Assembly: GCA_010909165.1 (NCBI GenBank)
Contig: VJWM01000205.1
Location: 248,001 to 312,000, forward strand
Origin: Anthoceros angustus
Lineage: Eukaryota; Plantae; Anthocerotophyta
Direction: 5' to 3'
Length of the DNA stretch: 64,000 nucleotides
The position numbers were made by a program, and so were the translations under genes. Shown piece after piece: positions 34,571-47,600 of this stretch. The notes beneath the pieces are model-generated. The model saw only the letters and a program-made list of their open reading frames with translations, was not told the DNA's origin and did not search any database. Positions within the stretch are counted from its first letter, which is position 1; the number at the start of each line of letters is the position of its first letter.

Positions 34571-37500
34571 CGCAGTTGCAGTGGGAATGCACTGCAGTGA
34601 AAACTCCCTCTACCAGATGGCACAGTAGTGTCTGTTGATCTGGATTGAAATCGAATAGATACAGTTTGTCTCTGGCACAAAAGGTGAGAGCCCGACCCGC
34701 TCAGCCGTGTTGTTCTCGGCGCACCGTTCTCGAACATGTTGTACAGTCGGTCCACCTTTGAGAGTGTGGTAGATGGCACGTAAGATGTGTGCAGTCAGAT
34801 AGAGTTGTGTCTGGTAACGGCGCTGAGGTGGTAAGGCATAGGTCCTGTGCGAAGGGGAGGCTGTAAGCAACATTGAGTGGCAGCTAGTGGATATAGGTAT
34901 CGGGCCCCCCAACAGCTGCGATGCCTTGGCAGCGTGTTGCAGTGGCAGTATCAGTATTAGTATCAGTATCAGAGTGCGAAGTGTTTTTGAAAGTGCAAGG
35001 TGTCTTTGAAAGTCATGTGAAGTCTAGTACTGAAGGAAGCCTTGACGAATCCTGTTGGATCCAACCTTACTGCCCAGTTGCAGAGCCTCTAATGCGTTCG
35101 TGTTAGTTGGCGGTACATCAGTGCGCAAGTATAATCTTATTATCCCGTCCTCCAGTTTGAGGAGCCCCACTGCTTTACAGCTCCACACGCATTTTGACCT
35201 TGCAACGAGAGCCGTACACACAGTAGGGCAGGGTAGCTGGGGTTGTGGCAAGTGGTGCAGACCTTCCAGCCTACCGCCGGTGGGGAAGCAGCCTACAAGT
35301 TGTACACACGCGACAAGTAGATGTTGAAGTGTAAAGCCAAAAAAACGTGGTCTTGGGCACCCCCCGCCTTGAGGTGACAAGAAGCAGGGAGGGTGTGCAA
35401 GACTGAAATACTGGCGCCGGTCGCTCTCCGAACACAGCTGATTTTTAGAGAGCCATTTATGTATCTGGTTGATCGAGCACCCTCGGAGGAAGCTAATGCC
35501 TTGTTCTGTCTAGGACAAGCCAGGGAAAATGTAAATGAAAATGGATCTCCCGCGATCCCGATCCCCCACATGCACTTGTCTAGAGTTTTATAATGTACGT
35601 AATGTTGGAGATGACGTTGCACATGGCATTGTGCGGGGCTGTTTAGCAATGGCATGCGTCCTTTTGGGGAACGGCGAGACGCCGCGGCAGCTTGAAAGCT
35701 TGAAGGAAGAGGCCACGATGAGGTGCCTGCCCAGGAAGGTGGAATGTAGGGCCGGCTGTCTGGCGTGTGCAGGTGCGGGGCCCGCCTGGGCCTGGACGCA
35801 CCAGGAAGCTGCCTTCAAGCTTGGGGAGGAAGGCTGGGGCGGGCGGGCCCCGCCTCATGATTGATGGCCGGGCCCCCTGGGAGGCGGACTACATACTGCA
35901 CATACGGTGCGCATGCGATTGCGATCGCGCGATTCTTCGATTGCCATTGCGATTAGCGAGGGCAGGGGGATGCCCAATGCCCAATGCCCAATGCCGCATG
36001 GCATGATTCATATCACATTCCATGACATGCAGTGGTGCGCATGAATCGTCGCCGGCCGCCCGGCCCGGAAGTGGCCGCATTAATGCCCCAGGCTGCTTCC
36101 GGGAAGGAAACGCTAGAGATTTGGCGTGCAAAAGTGGCGGGATATGTAGGAGCTTGAAGGGGCCCGCGCTCTGGGGACAGCGGGATCAATCGTACGCCAG
36201 AAAAGCAGCAAACGCGGGATTGCGGATTGCGGAAGGCGGAATGCGGAAGGCGGAAGGCGGTGCGATGCCGGATCCACTCCAAAACGAAGAAACCTGAGCA
36301 AGAAAACCAGTGGCACCATGAGCGCGGGTCGCGGAGAGAAGCCGGCGTGGAGGCCCTGGAGGGAGCGGGGGGAGAGAAACTCAGAGCGGGGCACCCGGTG
36401 CGCGTAGGTCCCGCTGGTTCACCGGTTCACCCGCGCGCTGGGGCTGGGGCCCTGGGGCCCTGGTGCCCTGGCCACTTGCGGTCCGGAATCCGGATGGATA
36501 ATTGCACGGGCATCGGCTGCCCGGTGCCCGCTGCCCGGATGGATGGATGGATGGATGGATGGGGATCATGGAATGGCATCATGTGCGCGCAGGAGTGCGG
36601 GAAGGGAATGTAACATGTAAATGGTGCGGTGGGGCCCGGAACAGGCCCACTTGCAGGGCAGTGTGCACGCGGGATTTTTTTTTTCCAGCATACACAATTT
36701 GCAAACAGTGGCGGAAATGAGATGCGTCCTCAATGTCAACGTTATGTGCAAGGATTTGACATTTGCGTGTGCGTCGTGAGTGGAGGCAGGATCCGGTGCG
36801 CTCTTGTGCACTACTACGCGTACTTTCTATGTGTAGGATGTCACCCACCAAATGCTCGTACAGATCACATGCAGTACAGGGTGGGGGCCAGGGCGATGAG
36901 ATGAGCTCAGCGACACAATTTCCTCTTCACATTTTAGCTTTAACATTGCACTGGTCTCTCGGGGAGGATCGCATCGTTGCCATGGAAGAATCGCATCAGC
37001 GGCTGCACGGCAGCAGCAACAGCAATCCGCTGAAAAGGGCACGTTGTTGACGCCAATTGACCAGGCTGTCCGTGTAGCTACGCTTGCTGTTGCAGCCAGC
37101 AGCTGGAAACTGCCTGGACGCCTCCACGGGGACGGGGTGGCATCGCTCCCTATGTAACCTTCAACCTTCTATATTGGAAGTGGATGAGGTGACGACTCCA
37201 CGTCTCCCACTCCCTTCCCCTTCCCCTTCCCCTTGTGGCCACGGCTTGTGCCTCTGGTACGCATGACTGCATGAATGAATTCAATCCAATCCCAGGGGGA
37301 AAGGACGTGATCGATTTTGTGGTTACAGGGCCGTGAAAGCAGTGGGCAGTAGCGTAAAAGCATGCTCCCTGTGCCTGTGCTGCTAGCAGCACGCAATACG
37401 CGGTACAAGATGGGGGGCACCTAACCCAACCCAACCCAACCCAACCTAACGCAACCCAATCTGGGCTCGGGCCCCTCCAGTCCCATTGAGCACGAGATGG

Positions 37501-38729
37501 AGATGCCTCCGGATCCACCACCGTAAGGGTACAGCCGCAGTACAGCTCCACCTCCCCACCATCTCCTCTCCCGCACACCCCAAATACCCAAATCCGTTCA
37601 CCTCTGCCAAATGCGGGGGGCCTGGGCCTGGGCCTGGGCCGGGGCTGGGGCTGGGGCGAATATCCATGTCCGAAGTGCAGGCAGCAGATGCCAGGCTCAG
37701 GCTCAGGCTCAGGCTCGGCACTCAGCAGGGTCAGGGTCAGGGTCAGGGTCAGGGTCACGGCCACCCGGCACCCTCGACGGGTCATCAACCAGGCAGGCAG
37801 CGCAGGTTGACTTGCAAGGCGGCTGTGCCAGGGCCTGGCTATGTAGCTGGCGAGCTGGCTGCCTGCCTGCCTGCCTCAGTGGGCTGCGCTCTGGCCCCCA
37901 CGCCATTTACTCGAGCAAGCAAGGACCTGCAAGGGTTCGCCACAATGCCACCATATGCATCTAGCCTAACGTAGAATAGGATACAATACATTTTCGTGTG
38001 GGCGTGCAGCACAGAGTTGCATTACAGACTTCCTACAGTTACAGACACCTCTCTCTTTGGCTGCCCCACCTTGGTCTCTACTCTCCCGGTCTCCCCCTCC
38101 TTCACGCCTCGCCGTCTCTGCCCCTGCCTTGCCGCTTACATCTGCCGTCTTAGCCGTGTCGCCTTCCTCAGGTACAGTAGTAACGCAGCCAACTACTCGT
38201 TCTTCGTTGACATTCCCTGTCGGCAAAGGAGCGTTGTTGTCAAGCGCACGCCCTTCGCCATCTTTCCCCCTTCCTGCGTCTTCCCCGTCTGCCCACTTGA
38301 GCCTGTCCCTATAACCCTTCCCCCAGTACACACCTCCCTCCATTTCACCTGTCCCCCGTCTCCCTCTCACCTCCCTCCGCTTCCTCTCCTCGAGCTCGCC
38401 TCCGGCTCTCCTCCTACCCCTCGCCTCGCCTCGCCTCGCCTCGCCGAAACACGTCCCGTCTCAACTTCAACTGCTTCGTCTCCGTCACATCTCGTCTCGT
38501 CAGCTGTCGTCTTGCCTCTCCTCTGCTCTCCAGGCTCAATCCTGAATCCTGGGGCTGCACCATGCCCAGTACAGCCTCCCCCGGATCGACTGCCTGATTC
38601 ATTCACCAGCATGTTTGCACCCACATCCTTTCCTGCTCTGCTCTCTCCTCGGCTCGGGGGCCCGGCCCCGCCTCGCTCGCCCTCGCCCTCGCCCCCTGCA
38701 ACATCCTCGGCTCCTCAGCATCCGGTCGG

Positions 38730-40166
38730 GTGAGAGCGAGCGTTGCAACCACGCAGTCACGCTTCCACAGATCCTTAGGACCCATTCGATCGACAACCCG
38801 CGGACTGCAGATGGCGGCCACAGCGCAGCCCTTGGACGCGGACCACTTCCTGCTGCTCTCCCGGAAGCGAGGCAGCGGGCCTGCCCAGCTTCTCCACTCC
38901 ACGCACCCGAGATCGCACGCCATTGCCAAGAAGCCCGCCGCCACGCCCAAGCCGGATCCGGAGTGGCTGGACCAGCTGCCGCCCACAGCCGCCAGGCCCG
39001 CCGCCACAATCCGGGTGGTGCACATTTTCGCGCCAAAGGTGATCAAGACGGACGTGGCCAACTTCCGGGAGCTGGTGCAGCGGCTGACAGGCCACACCCC
39101 GTCCGGCCCCTCCCGCTCCACCAGCAAGAGCAACAGCTCCAACAGCAGCAAGAGCAGGAGCAGCATCAGGAAGCGGAAGCAGGAGGTGAGCGACATGGAA
39201 TCGGAAGGGGCTCGGGGCCAGCTCATCTCGAAGGCTGCTGCCCCGGAATTCCCACCTGAAGGCCCCTTCAAGGTGTGCAAGGAGGAGATGGTGACGGAGG
39301 AGGAGACTGCCCATGGCCACTACCCTGGGCCTGCTCACCCTCTGCTGCGCCAGGGCTCCTGCATCACAGATGCCTCCACCTTCAACCAGGCCTCGTCGGA
39401 TTTGACGGTGACAGTCGGGGATAGCTCCTGCGACGTCGACTCCACCCCTTCTCCTGCCTCCTACCCGCTGCTGCACTCCGAGGCGCATTTCCCCTCCTTC
39501 CTGCCCAGTCACGTTGCGTCCAGGGCAACTGCCGGGGAGGATTCCGGCATCACCTGCCAGGAAGCCGGGAGCGGGAGCGGGAGCGGGACTGCAGCAGCAG
39601 CGGCATCGGGGCTGTACCTGGACCAGGCGTACCTCCAGCACCAGGACTCCTTCGCCTCCACGGCCAATTCCTTCAGTTCCCCGACCGGGCCCTTCCGGAG
39701 CGGCTACATCTCGGGGATGGGGGAGACGGGGTATCCGGTCCAGGTGCAGGGGAGATTGAGCTACCTCCGTCAGGCCATGGAGAGCGGCAGCCAGGCTGCC
39801 AGCTTGCACAGCCTGCTGCTGGGGGCGGAGGCGGCGCTCTTGCACAACTGGGTATCGGAGGCGGCCATCAATTTGCACAACCTGCTCGCGGACGCCGTGA
39901 ACGTTCGGACCGGAGGCGGGAATGGCGGATTCGAAACTTCCTGGCCGAGCTCCATCCCTCTCCGTCCTGGAGCTGGAGAGCTGCAGAACGACATGGACAT
40001 GTTCTGCGACGTCCTGATGTCGTCGCCGGCTCCTTTGCCGCCGCCGGAGTTTCCCATGCCCAGTCCCTCTGCGGCTGCTGCAGCACCGCCCGCCGGCGGG
40101 TTTCACTTCGATTTGGCCTCCATGTGCAGGGAATTCAACCTGCCGTTTCCAAGCGACCCCTGCTAA
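38730..40166 (+). CDS. VQ motif-containing protein (WRKY cofactor family), intronless. Start may be the second Met at about 38811.
   Basis: IRVVHIFAPKVIKTDVANFRELVQRLTG contains the FxxxVQxLTG VQ motif. Confidence 0.9.
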   Translation: MRASVATTQSRFHRSLGPIRSTTRGLQMAATAQPLDADHFLLLSRKRGSGPAQLLHSTHPRSHAIAKKPAATPKPDPEWLDQLPPTAARPAATIRVVHIFAPKVIKTDVANFRELVQRLTGHTPSGPSRSTSKSNSSNSSKSRSSIRKRKQEVSDMESEGARGQLISKAAAPEFPPEGPFKVCKEEMVTEEETAHGHYPGPAHPLLRQGSCITDASTFNQASSDLTVTVGDSSCDVDSTPSPASYPLLHSEAHFPSFLPSHVASRATAGEDSGITCQEAGSGSGSGTAAAAASGLYLDQAYLQHQDSFASTANSFSSPTGPFRSGYISGMGETGYPVQVQGRLSYLRQAMESGSQAASLHSLLLGAEAALLHNWVSEAAINLHNLLADAVNVRTGGGNGGFETSWPSSIPLRPGAGELQNDMDMFCDVLMSSPAPLPPPEFPMPSPSAAAAAPPAGGFHFDLASMCREFNLPFPSDPC

Positions 40167-40430
40167 CGGAGGCTGCAAGCTGCAATCCAAGCTGCAACTC
40201 TGTGGCGGGAGCCTGTACACTGCTATCAAGTCTCAAGTGGGACATTGAAGTGCTCTGACGCTTCTGTGGCCACGCATAACATCCTACATCCTACATCCTG
40301 CCCAGATCGATATCTGGCTGCCTGAGGGAGTCGCAAGAATCCATTCACTGCCGGGCACACGGCTGCTGTGCACCATCAGCTCCGGATCCCAACTGCAACA
40401 TGAGCTCAAAAGGATCATACTTGAAGCCAA

Positions 40431-40542
40431 TAATCTTGGTGGATTCTCAGGAGGACCTTGAAACATCAAGGCCATGAGAAGGAAGCTAATCTTGGTGGGT
40501 TCTCAGGAGGACCTTGAAACATCAAGGCCATGAGAAGGAAGC
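40431..40542 (+). repeat. 56-bp tandem duplication, each unit able to form a hairpin
   Basis: 40431-40486 vs 40487-40542, one mismatch. Each unit has TTCTCA...CCTTGA-AACA-TCAAGG...TGAGAA. Confidence 0.9.
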
Positions 40543-42648
40543 GCATGGTGCAGCTCCGGGTGGTTTGCAGGAATGGCGGGTGAATATTCATCATGGATCA
40601 CCGTCAGCATATCTGGGGCAAGAACCAATCTACGTGGAACGAGCTTGAGCTTGGAATTGAAGTTCAAGCTGCGTGCAAGGAATGCTGGGGACTGTGGGAT
40701 ATTATCCATTCGTGTCGTTTCATTTGCAACACTGGCAGTTCCTGTGTATGAGTACATGCCGGCCGGCCCAGGTGCTCTCATTTTCTAGTTAGCAAGCTTT
40801 GGCTTTGGTTTGGTTAGATATGTCTAGCACTCTGGCATTGGGTATCATCCACAATTCGATTCCCATTGTAGACCGGCGAAGTCTGTCTACTGTACCATAC
40901 TATATGCGAGAAGCTTACAAACAAACAATTTTCGGAGGCAGCCGACAGGCTGAGCTTGTCATTCCGCATTCCCCATACATCATGTGAACATCATACACCT
41001 CTACATTCTCTCTTTCTTTCCTTCTTTCCTTCTTTCCCTCTTTCGTTGTTTCTTTCTTTCGTCTCCGTCACGTGTGACAACACCCTGATAACCCTGAGCA
41101 AAACACTTGATGAACAGCATCCCTTCACCTTCAAGTGAACCCGCTTGCATGTGAAGGCCTGCCCACGATTTCCTTAGCCTCGAAATCCGGAAGCCACACG
41201 TCCTGATTGGAGAGCGTTAGATAACCAAGGCGGTTAGGCCAATGGCCTCGGCAATCGAGAAATGTGCTCCAGTTTTGTAAACAAGCCCCCTACAGTAGCG
41301 GCAGCAGTACCAGCCCACCAGGCCAGTGATCACACCTGTGCCCAGACTGAGTGCATAGTACATGATCACGATGAAGACTCCCCTCCAGAGCCTAGGCCTA
41401 TCTAGTGCCTGCAACTGGCCGGCAGGCACGTGGTAGAAAATTGTTAACAATAAGACAGAAAGGCTCCGGGCAAGCGATTTGCAAGTCGAGCGAAGGTGGG
41501 AAGAAGGAAGCGGGGTGTCCCGGGGCGGGAGCCGCAGGACCGTAGCAGTCCGTAGCACGGGCTGGCCGCAATCCTCGCCTGCCCTACCCACCTTTACACC
41601 CAAATGGTCAAGAGAATATATGTCAGGCTGGCGAGCATGTCATTTGTCTGTTCCGCGGGCATCTGCTTATCTCTGCTCCTCCGATCTGTGAGGCTCTGGA
41701 AACGAAGGAGCTAGGAAAGGCCTGCGCCCAGCTTGCTGCAAGTGGGCATCCGCAGCCTCGTCCCATCTGTTGACCCCCCGGACATTGCGGCAAAGCACGT
41801 CCAGACAAGCTGCCGCACCGACAGCCCTCGCTTCCCACCCACTTCGTCCTTCGTCCTTCGTCCTTCGTCGGGATACTCAAAGAAACTATGCCCCAAATTT
41901 ACTTCTCCTCGCGCCAACAAACGTTAAATAATGTGTGACGTCGCTGCAAAGCTTCTGCATTCTTTGCAGGCCATACCGCGTGCGCCAAATGCTCCTCGCC
42001 TCGGTGGGGCCGAGGATTGTAGAAATAGCAAAAACGCGGCTCCACGCTGGATGCCGCCTCCCCCGGAACATCGCTCGCATTCTGGTCTGGCACCAAAAGC
42101 TGCTCGAATTTAGCGCTTTGCTTTGGTTGCATGCGAGTCTGGCTGGGAATAGCCAAGTGTTGAGGACTTCACTCGCAGACAGGAATTTACGTGTTTGTAC
42201 TTGCGGGCTGCACAAAGCGCGCACTGCGCGTGCTGTGTTGAATGTTGCTGTGATGGCGATGAGCCCTGGGCTGCTGCAATGCTGGCCTTGCTTGGCCTTT
42301 CCACGTCTTTGACGGCCAATCATTCAAGCTTGGGGCGCCACCGGCTGTGGTTCTCTGTTGGCTCACGTGCTACCTCCCGTTTGCGGTGTCCGTAGTAACT
42401 GCCCATCTCCTCGCCCACCCATTTCCCCATTCCCACATGCACTGCTCGCGCCATGTGCGTTGCACCTACCCGGGATGCACACCCCATCTACCACTGTTGG
42501 TCGCTGCACAGCCCAGTGCGCCACAGGCCAGCATGGGGTATCCATGTGATATTTCTGCCCACAAGTGGATGTTTTACTCCAATGCATGAAAGAACGATGG
42601 GTGGCAGAGCTCAGGCTTTTACAGCGTGGCGACTTCCACAGTTCAACA

Positions 42649-44055
42649 TCACAGGGTTGCACAATCCGCGGGCACGAAGGCCAGCTGATTGGCTTCCAGG
42701 TCGTGCACCACCTGGAAGTTCTGCTGCTGCACATTGCCGATGATGGAGAAGAAGGTGGAGGGGACGGAGACGAAGGCCCAGCACACCACGCCCTGCTGCA
42801 CCAGCACGTAGGCGTTTCCGACGGGGAGGACCATTTGGGCGGCCTGGAAGACGAGGGTCATCTCCGGGAGCACCACATCCTGCGCCGGCGCCTGCAGCTG
42901 CGGGTCCAGATCGAAGCACAGTTCGAGGCCCAGGGGGGTCGGGTCCGGGATGGTGGGGTACCGGGAGCTGGCCTGGACGGCGGCCATGACGGGCTTGAAC
43001 GCGGCGTCCACCAGGGCGGAGAATGTGGTGCCGGAGTCGACGATGGTGCCGCCCTGCCCCGTCGACGCGTCCATGTCGAGGGTCCCGGGGGGGATGGGAA
43101 CCTCCGCCCCGTCCACCAGGATGCACGACAGTGGCACGAAGTAGTAGGATGGGCGGATCGGGTTGGGGAGCAGCGGGATGGAGGAGGATAGAGGCACGGA
43201 CGGCACGGCGTCGCCCAGCAAGAGGGGGGATGTCTTCCCGGTGAAGGAGTCCGAGAGCGGGAGGAGGCAGTAGGAGAATCTCGACTGCCCCAGCTCAGGA
43301 CCCAGCTGCGAGATGAAGGAGAAGGAGCCTCGCCCCAGGCCCAGCACTCCCCCGCCGCCCGGGAATTGGCCTTCGTTGCGGAAGCCGCATCCGAATCTGA
43401 AGGCCGGGAAGGACTGCTCGCTCCCGGAGACGCTGGTGAGAGTGATGGTATCGGAGGAGAAATTGCCGACGGTGAAGGACCCGTCGCCGTACTGGTAGGC
43501 GTACTCGCAGGCGGCGTCGGCCTGGCAGCGGAAGAGCGGCAGGGCCAGGCAGAGCGGGGAGGTGCAGTCCAGGGTGCGGAACGTGGAGGAGGCGGTCTGG
43601 TTGAAGCGCGGCCCCTCCTGCGGGTAGCATATCTTGCAGGGCTCGGATTGCAGCCATGTGAGGTCGCTGCCCGTGTCCACGATGGCCAAGAAGCTCTGCG
43701 CCGGCGTGCCGAGCAGGATGGTGGCCAGGTAGTCCCCGTCGGCTGCGCTCACCGGGGAGGAGTACCCGCCGGATGGCGGGAACCCGTCTACCGATGCCGG
43801 GTTGCTGGAGGAGGAAATCCGCACGGCCCGTGCTCTGCTCCGCGCGCCTCGCGCTCGCCACGATGCTGCCGATGTCGCGCCGGGTGGAGCCTGAAAGAGG
43901 GAGTCTCGGTGGATGAGATCCACCCGGAGACCGACCCCAGTCCCGGCCGGGTTGGGGAGCGGGGGTGCAGATCCGCGTGTTGCTCCGAGCTGCAAGAAGC
44001 ACAGCAGAAAGGGTAAGATTGATGTAGGGTTTGGAATGCGTCTCACCAGATCCAT
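42649..44055 (-). CDS. Secreted A1 aspartic protease (nepenthesin/CDR1-like), intronless
   Basis: Signal-peptide-like N-terminus, catalytic motifs IVDTGSDLTW and IVDSGTT, Cys-rich insert, IIGNVQQQNFQVVHDL. Confidence 0.95.
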   Translation of the reverse strand: MDLVRRIPNPTSILPFLLCFLQLGATRGSAPPLPNPAGTGVGLRVDLIHRDSLFQAPPGATSAASWRARGARSRARAVRISSSSNPASVDGFPPSGGYSSPVSAADGDYLATILLGTPAQSFLAIVDTGSDLTWLQSEPCKICYPQEGPRFNQTASSTFRTLDCTSPLCLALPLFRCQADAACEYAYQYGDGSFTVGNFSSDTITLTSVSGSEQSFPAFRFGCGFRNEGQFPGGGGVLGLGRGSFSFISQLGPELGQSRFSYCLLPLSDSFTGKTSPLLLGDAVPSVPLSSSIPLLPNPIRPSYYFVPLSCILVDGAEVPIPPGTLDMDASTGQGGTIVDSGTTFSALVDAAFKPVMAAVQASSRYPTIPDPTPLGLELCFDLDPQLQAPAQDVVLPEMTLVFQAAQMVLPVGNAYVLVQQGVVCWAFVSVPSTFFSIIGNVQQQNFQVVHDLEANQLAFVPADCATL

Positions 44056-44625
44056 CACGACTCGTGCGCACTTGTGAGAACTGCCTTCTGTTTCGCGGTG
44101 GAAGTGTGTAGTAGCAGGCTGGTGAGAGCCAACACGATCCACGCACGCTGTGTGTGGAGCTTGTTTCAGCGTTTTGCTGGGCCCTTCATCTGCTACTGCC
44201 GGTTCGCAATAATGCTACTTCCACCCCTGTGAGCCTGCTGCAGGAGAGGCAGCGGGCGTCAGTCTGAACGTTCAGAAGCACCGGCCATGCCAGAATTCTG
44301 TCCTCGGCAGAAGTTTGCTTTGCAGGCAGGACTGGGAGCACGTGCCGGCAGGACTGCAACTCGACAACTGTGCAGCTCGTGTTCGATCCTTGTGCCGAGG
44401 ACCACTTTCAGATGAAACGTCCGTTTCCCAGTCATGACGCCCGTGCACTCAACGATCTGCCGTTTTCTAGGCTCTCCACAAGCGCCTTCATCTCAGCCAG
44501 CGTGTTGTGCCATCGTCATCTGAACCACGCGCTTTGCAAAGCCTACTGATGGGAACGATGAAGGCGTAGGACGAGGAGGATGTATTCAGGTTGGGTTAAA
44601 GGTTGTCCGGGTCCCAGTATTCGTG

Positions 44626-47600
44626 TCACAGCAAGGACAAGATCATTCCCTTCTCAGATTTCCGAAGGTCCGATTCACTTTCCATCTCCCTCTCCCCAGC
44701 TACAGCCACCAGATCCGAAGTTGTAGTACCAGCCGCGCTGGCCGCAGTCACCGTGGAGAGTGTACCTGATGTCGACTTGGAATCATCTATTACGGCATGC
44801 TCGCAGTACTTCTCCAGCCATCTGTCCATCTCCCAGAGGCAGTGCATCACACTCTCTCTTGCAGAGTAAGAGTGACTCTCAAGAGGCAGCAACACCAGTC
44901 TGCACAGTGCTCCATGCCCCTTCAAAGCACTGAAGAAACGCTCCGACTGCAACACACATACGTGTTAGATACATTCTCTGATGTGGAACTTGCTGTATCG
45001 GGGTTTCTCGTCTGCCAAGCTCGATCACCTACCTGCATGGTGAGGGTGCCGGAGTTGTTGTCTTCGTCTCCATGAATCAAAAGAATGGGCTTCTTGATTT
45101 TGTCAGCCAGCATGAATGGACTCATCTCAATGTACGTCTTCGTCGCTTCCCACAAACTCCTCTCCTCGGCCTGCACGTAGGCATTGCCTGTTTAGTGTTC
45201 TGATGCAGTAGACCTACCAGACACTGATGAAGCTTTTGTGTGAAAACCGGGTGTGGCACGTACCTGGAACCCAAATGGCGTCAGTGTTCTGTTGTAAGCA
45301 CCCGATCGAGCTATCCCACAGCTGAAGAGGTGGGGAGCGTGTGCCAGAAGATTTGCTGTCATGAACGCTCCATATGAGTGACCACCGACAGCAATCCTCT
45401 GCCGATGAGAGACCTGCAAGGAAGTCACAATTATTCACACAGAACTAGTAACCCGGCATGGACTGCCAAATAAGCGCTCACTAAGACTTACCCCTCGCCG
45501 TACAACCTCATCAACCGCGGCCTCAGCACTAAGCACCAGCTGCTCCACGTAACTGTTCCAAGTTTGGCCTCATGGGTCAGGTTCATCCAAAAGTTTTTCA
45601 GAGCCATATAGCTTGTTGGAAAATGCTATTCAATCCACTCAGCAAACATCACAAGCAACAAATGGATGAACAAGCTGACACCCACTTGTCATTTGCTTCT
45701 TTGTCGCCTTCACCGATGATTGGCATGGTTGGCCCATCCAAAATGACAAAACTGCATTGCACCGGAGCAAGAATACAGTCAGTGGAAGTGAGTACGCAGT
45801 ATGTGAAGAACAAAAGTGTGTCACCTCACACTGCAGCCACTCACCGTCTGGCTAACCACAAAAGTGGCGAAGTTGATCCAATTCCAGCAAATGCATTAGG
45901 GGAACCCCGCATCTGTCCAGCATTATCCTTGCTTTTGAACTCCCTTGGGTAAGCCCAAAGCAGTGTTGGCAAAGGACCGTCTTTTGCAGGATCATAACCA
46001 GGAGGTTGGTAAAGATTGGCTTGAAGTTCAACACCATCCTTCCTTTTGTACCGGATCACCTGCTTCTTGATGTCTTTCAGCTGAGGATAGGGGTGAGGGA
46101 AATCTGTGATCTGTTTCAAAGATTGTTCTGGCCACTGTTTCAGATAGTACTGAGGCGGTTCTGATTGAGACTCCCTGGACAGCAAAACCTTTAGTTTATC
46201 CACGTACAGATCTTCACTGACTGTGTCTGACAACAGACCCGCAACATTTTCATAATACTTCTCCTTGTCACTATTCCAAATGCGCTTCTTCTCACCTGTC
46301 TCTCTGAGAAAACAACTGTTGGCTCAGTAACATTGCATAAGAGAGACAGAAACAAGAACATATTGGCACCATATTTGCATCGACCCAGGCCTTACATGTC
46401 AAAGAGGTCGAGAAAGGGTATGTTGCCCTCTGGGCTAGCTCCTTGACCATCCAGCAACAACCAATTGCGGCCGTCTGCATCCTTGAACTGAGCTATTACA
46501 TAACTCCCAAAGACTGTCCTCCTTTGCATGGGAGAACCAGGGTCCGAGTACACATCCTCAGAGGACCTGTCAATTAATAGCCGGGGCTCTTTCTCCAGGT
46601 TTCCCGGGGTGATAACCCAGGTGCGAGTTCTTCGTGTTTTGTGCCATGACTCGTAGACGAGGGCAAGAGATTCATCACCCCACATAATGCCTCTGCACAG
46701 CAACTATACCACATTGAAGTAGAGGGCAGGAACAAGCTGTCCACTTTACAAGGCCTTGTTCTTGTGAGGCCTTGCAGCAGCTTCTTCAATATAAGAACAA
46801 AATTGTGCCAGTTATTACAATTACATTGATGAGACCATACCCATAGCGCCAATTAAGCTTTTGTAGAATCACTGGACTTCCGCCTTCTGCGTCAACCATG
46901 TACAGGATGTCACGAGGTGAGGCCTCTACCTTAGCATCACCGCCGTCTTGTGTTTCAACCCTGCATGACCATCCACAACACTTTTTTAAGGCCTTGCAGT
47001 TTGGGCACAAGGCCACCCGATCTACTGCAACAAATCACACTTACAAGCAGGTGACCAGAGTCCCTTACCATGTGAAGGTTGATGGCTTATCAGATCGCCA
47101 TCGAAAAGACCTAGGACCTTTCCGAACACTATCAAAAGTTATTGGGATATCATCAGCAAGAGGCAGATCGCAGATCTCTCTGACAAATTCTCCATTGGCT
47201 TTCCATAGATCCACTTTTTTGGGGAAACGCCCACACGGAACAATAAAGGAATATGGCCTGTGTATTGTACTGATGAGCAAGTACTTCCCGTCATTTGATG
47301 CACCCACATCAACATATGCAGCAGGGGCTCCAATCGGCTTCACAGATCCATCTAAAGAGATAAGCAGTAGTTGACTTGTTACATAGTAGTCAAACAAATC
47401 TTCATCAAACTTGTCCTTCAGTAGGTCTTGATATGTTCGATTCTGAGCAACATTTCCTTGTTCATTTGACTGCAGCTTCGGAGCTGATGGGGTCAAGGGC
47501 CTCGTTGGAGCTGGCCCACGGCCTTGGGGTATTGTGCATGCAACCAAAGTTGTGTCATCCACCCATGAATAACTGTCGCGCAAAGTCCCAAGATTGCATC

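Noticed and set aside
41217-41603. 128-aa ORF with a hydrophobic stretch
   Set aside because: Non-ATG start, no family motif and no splice support.
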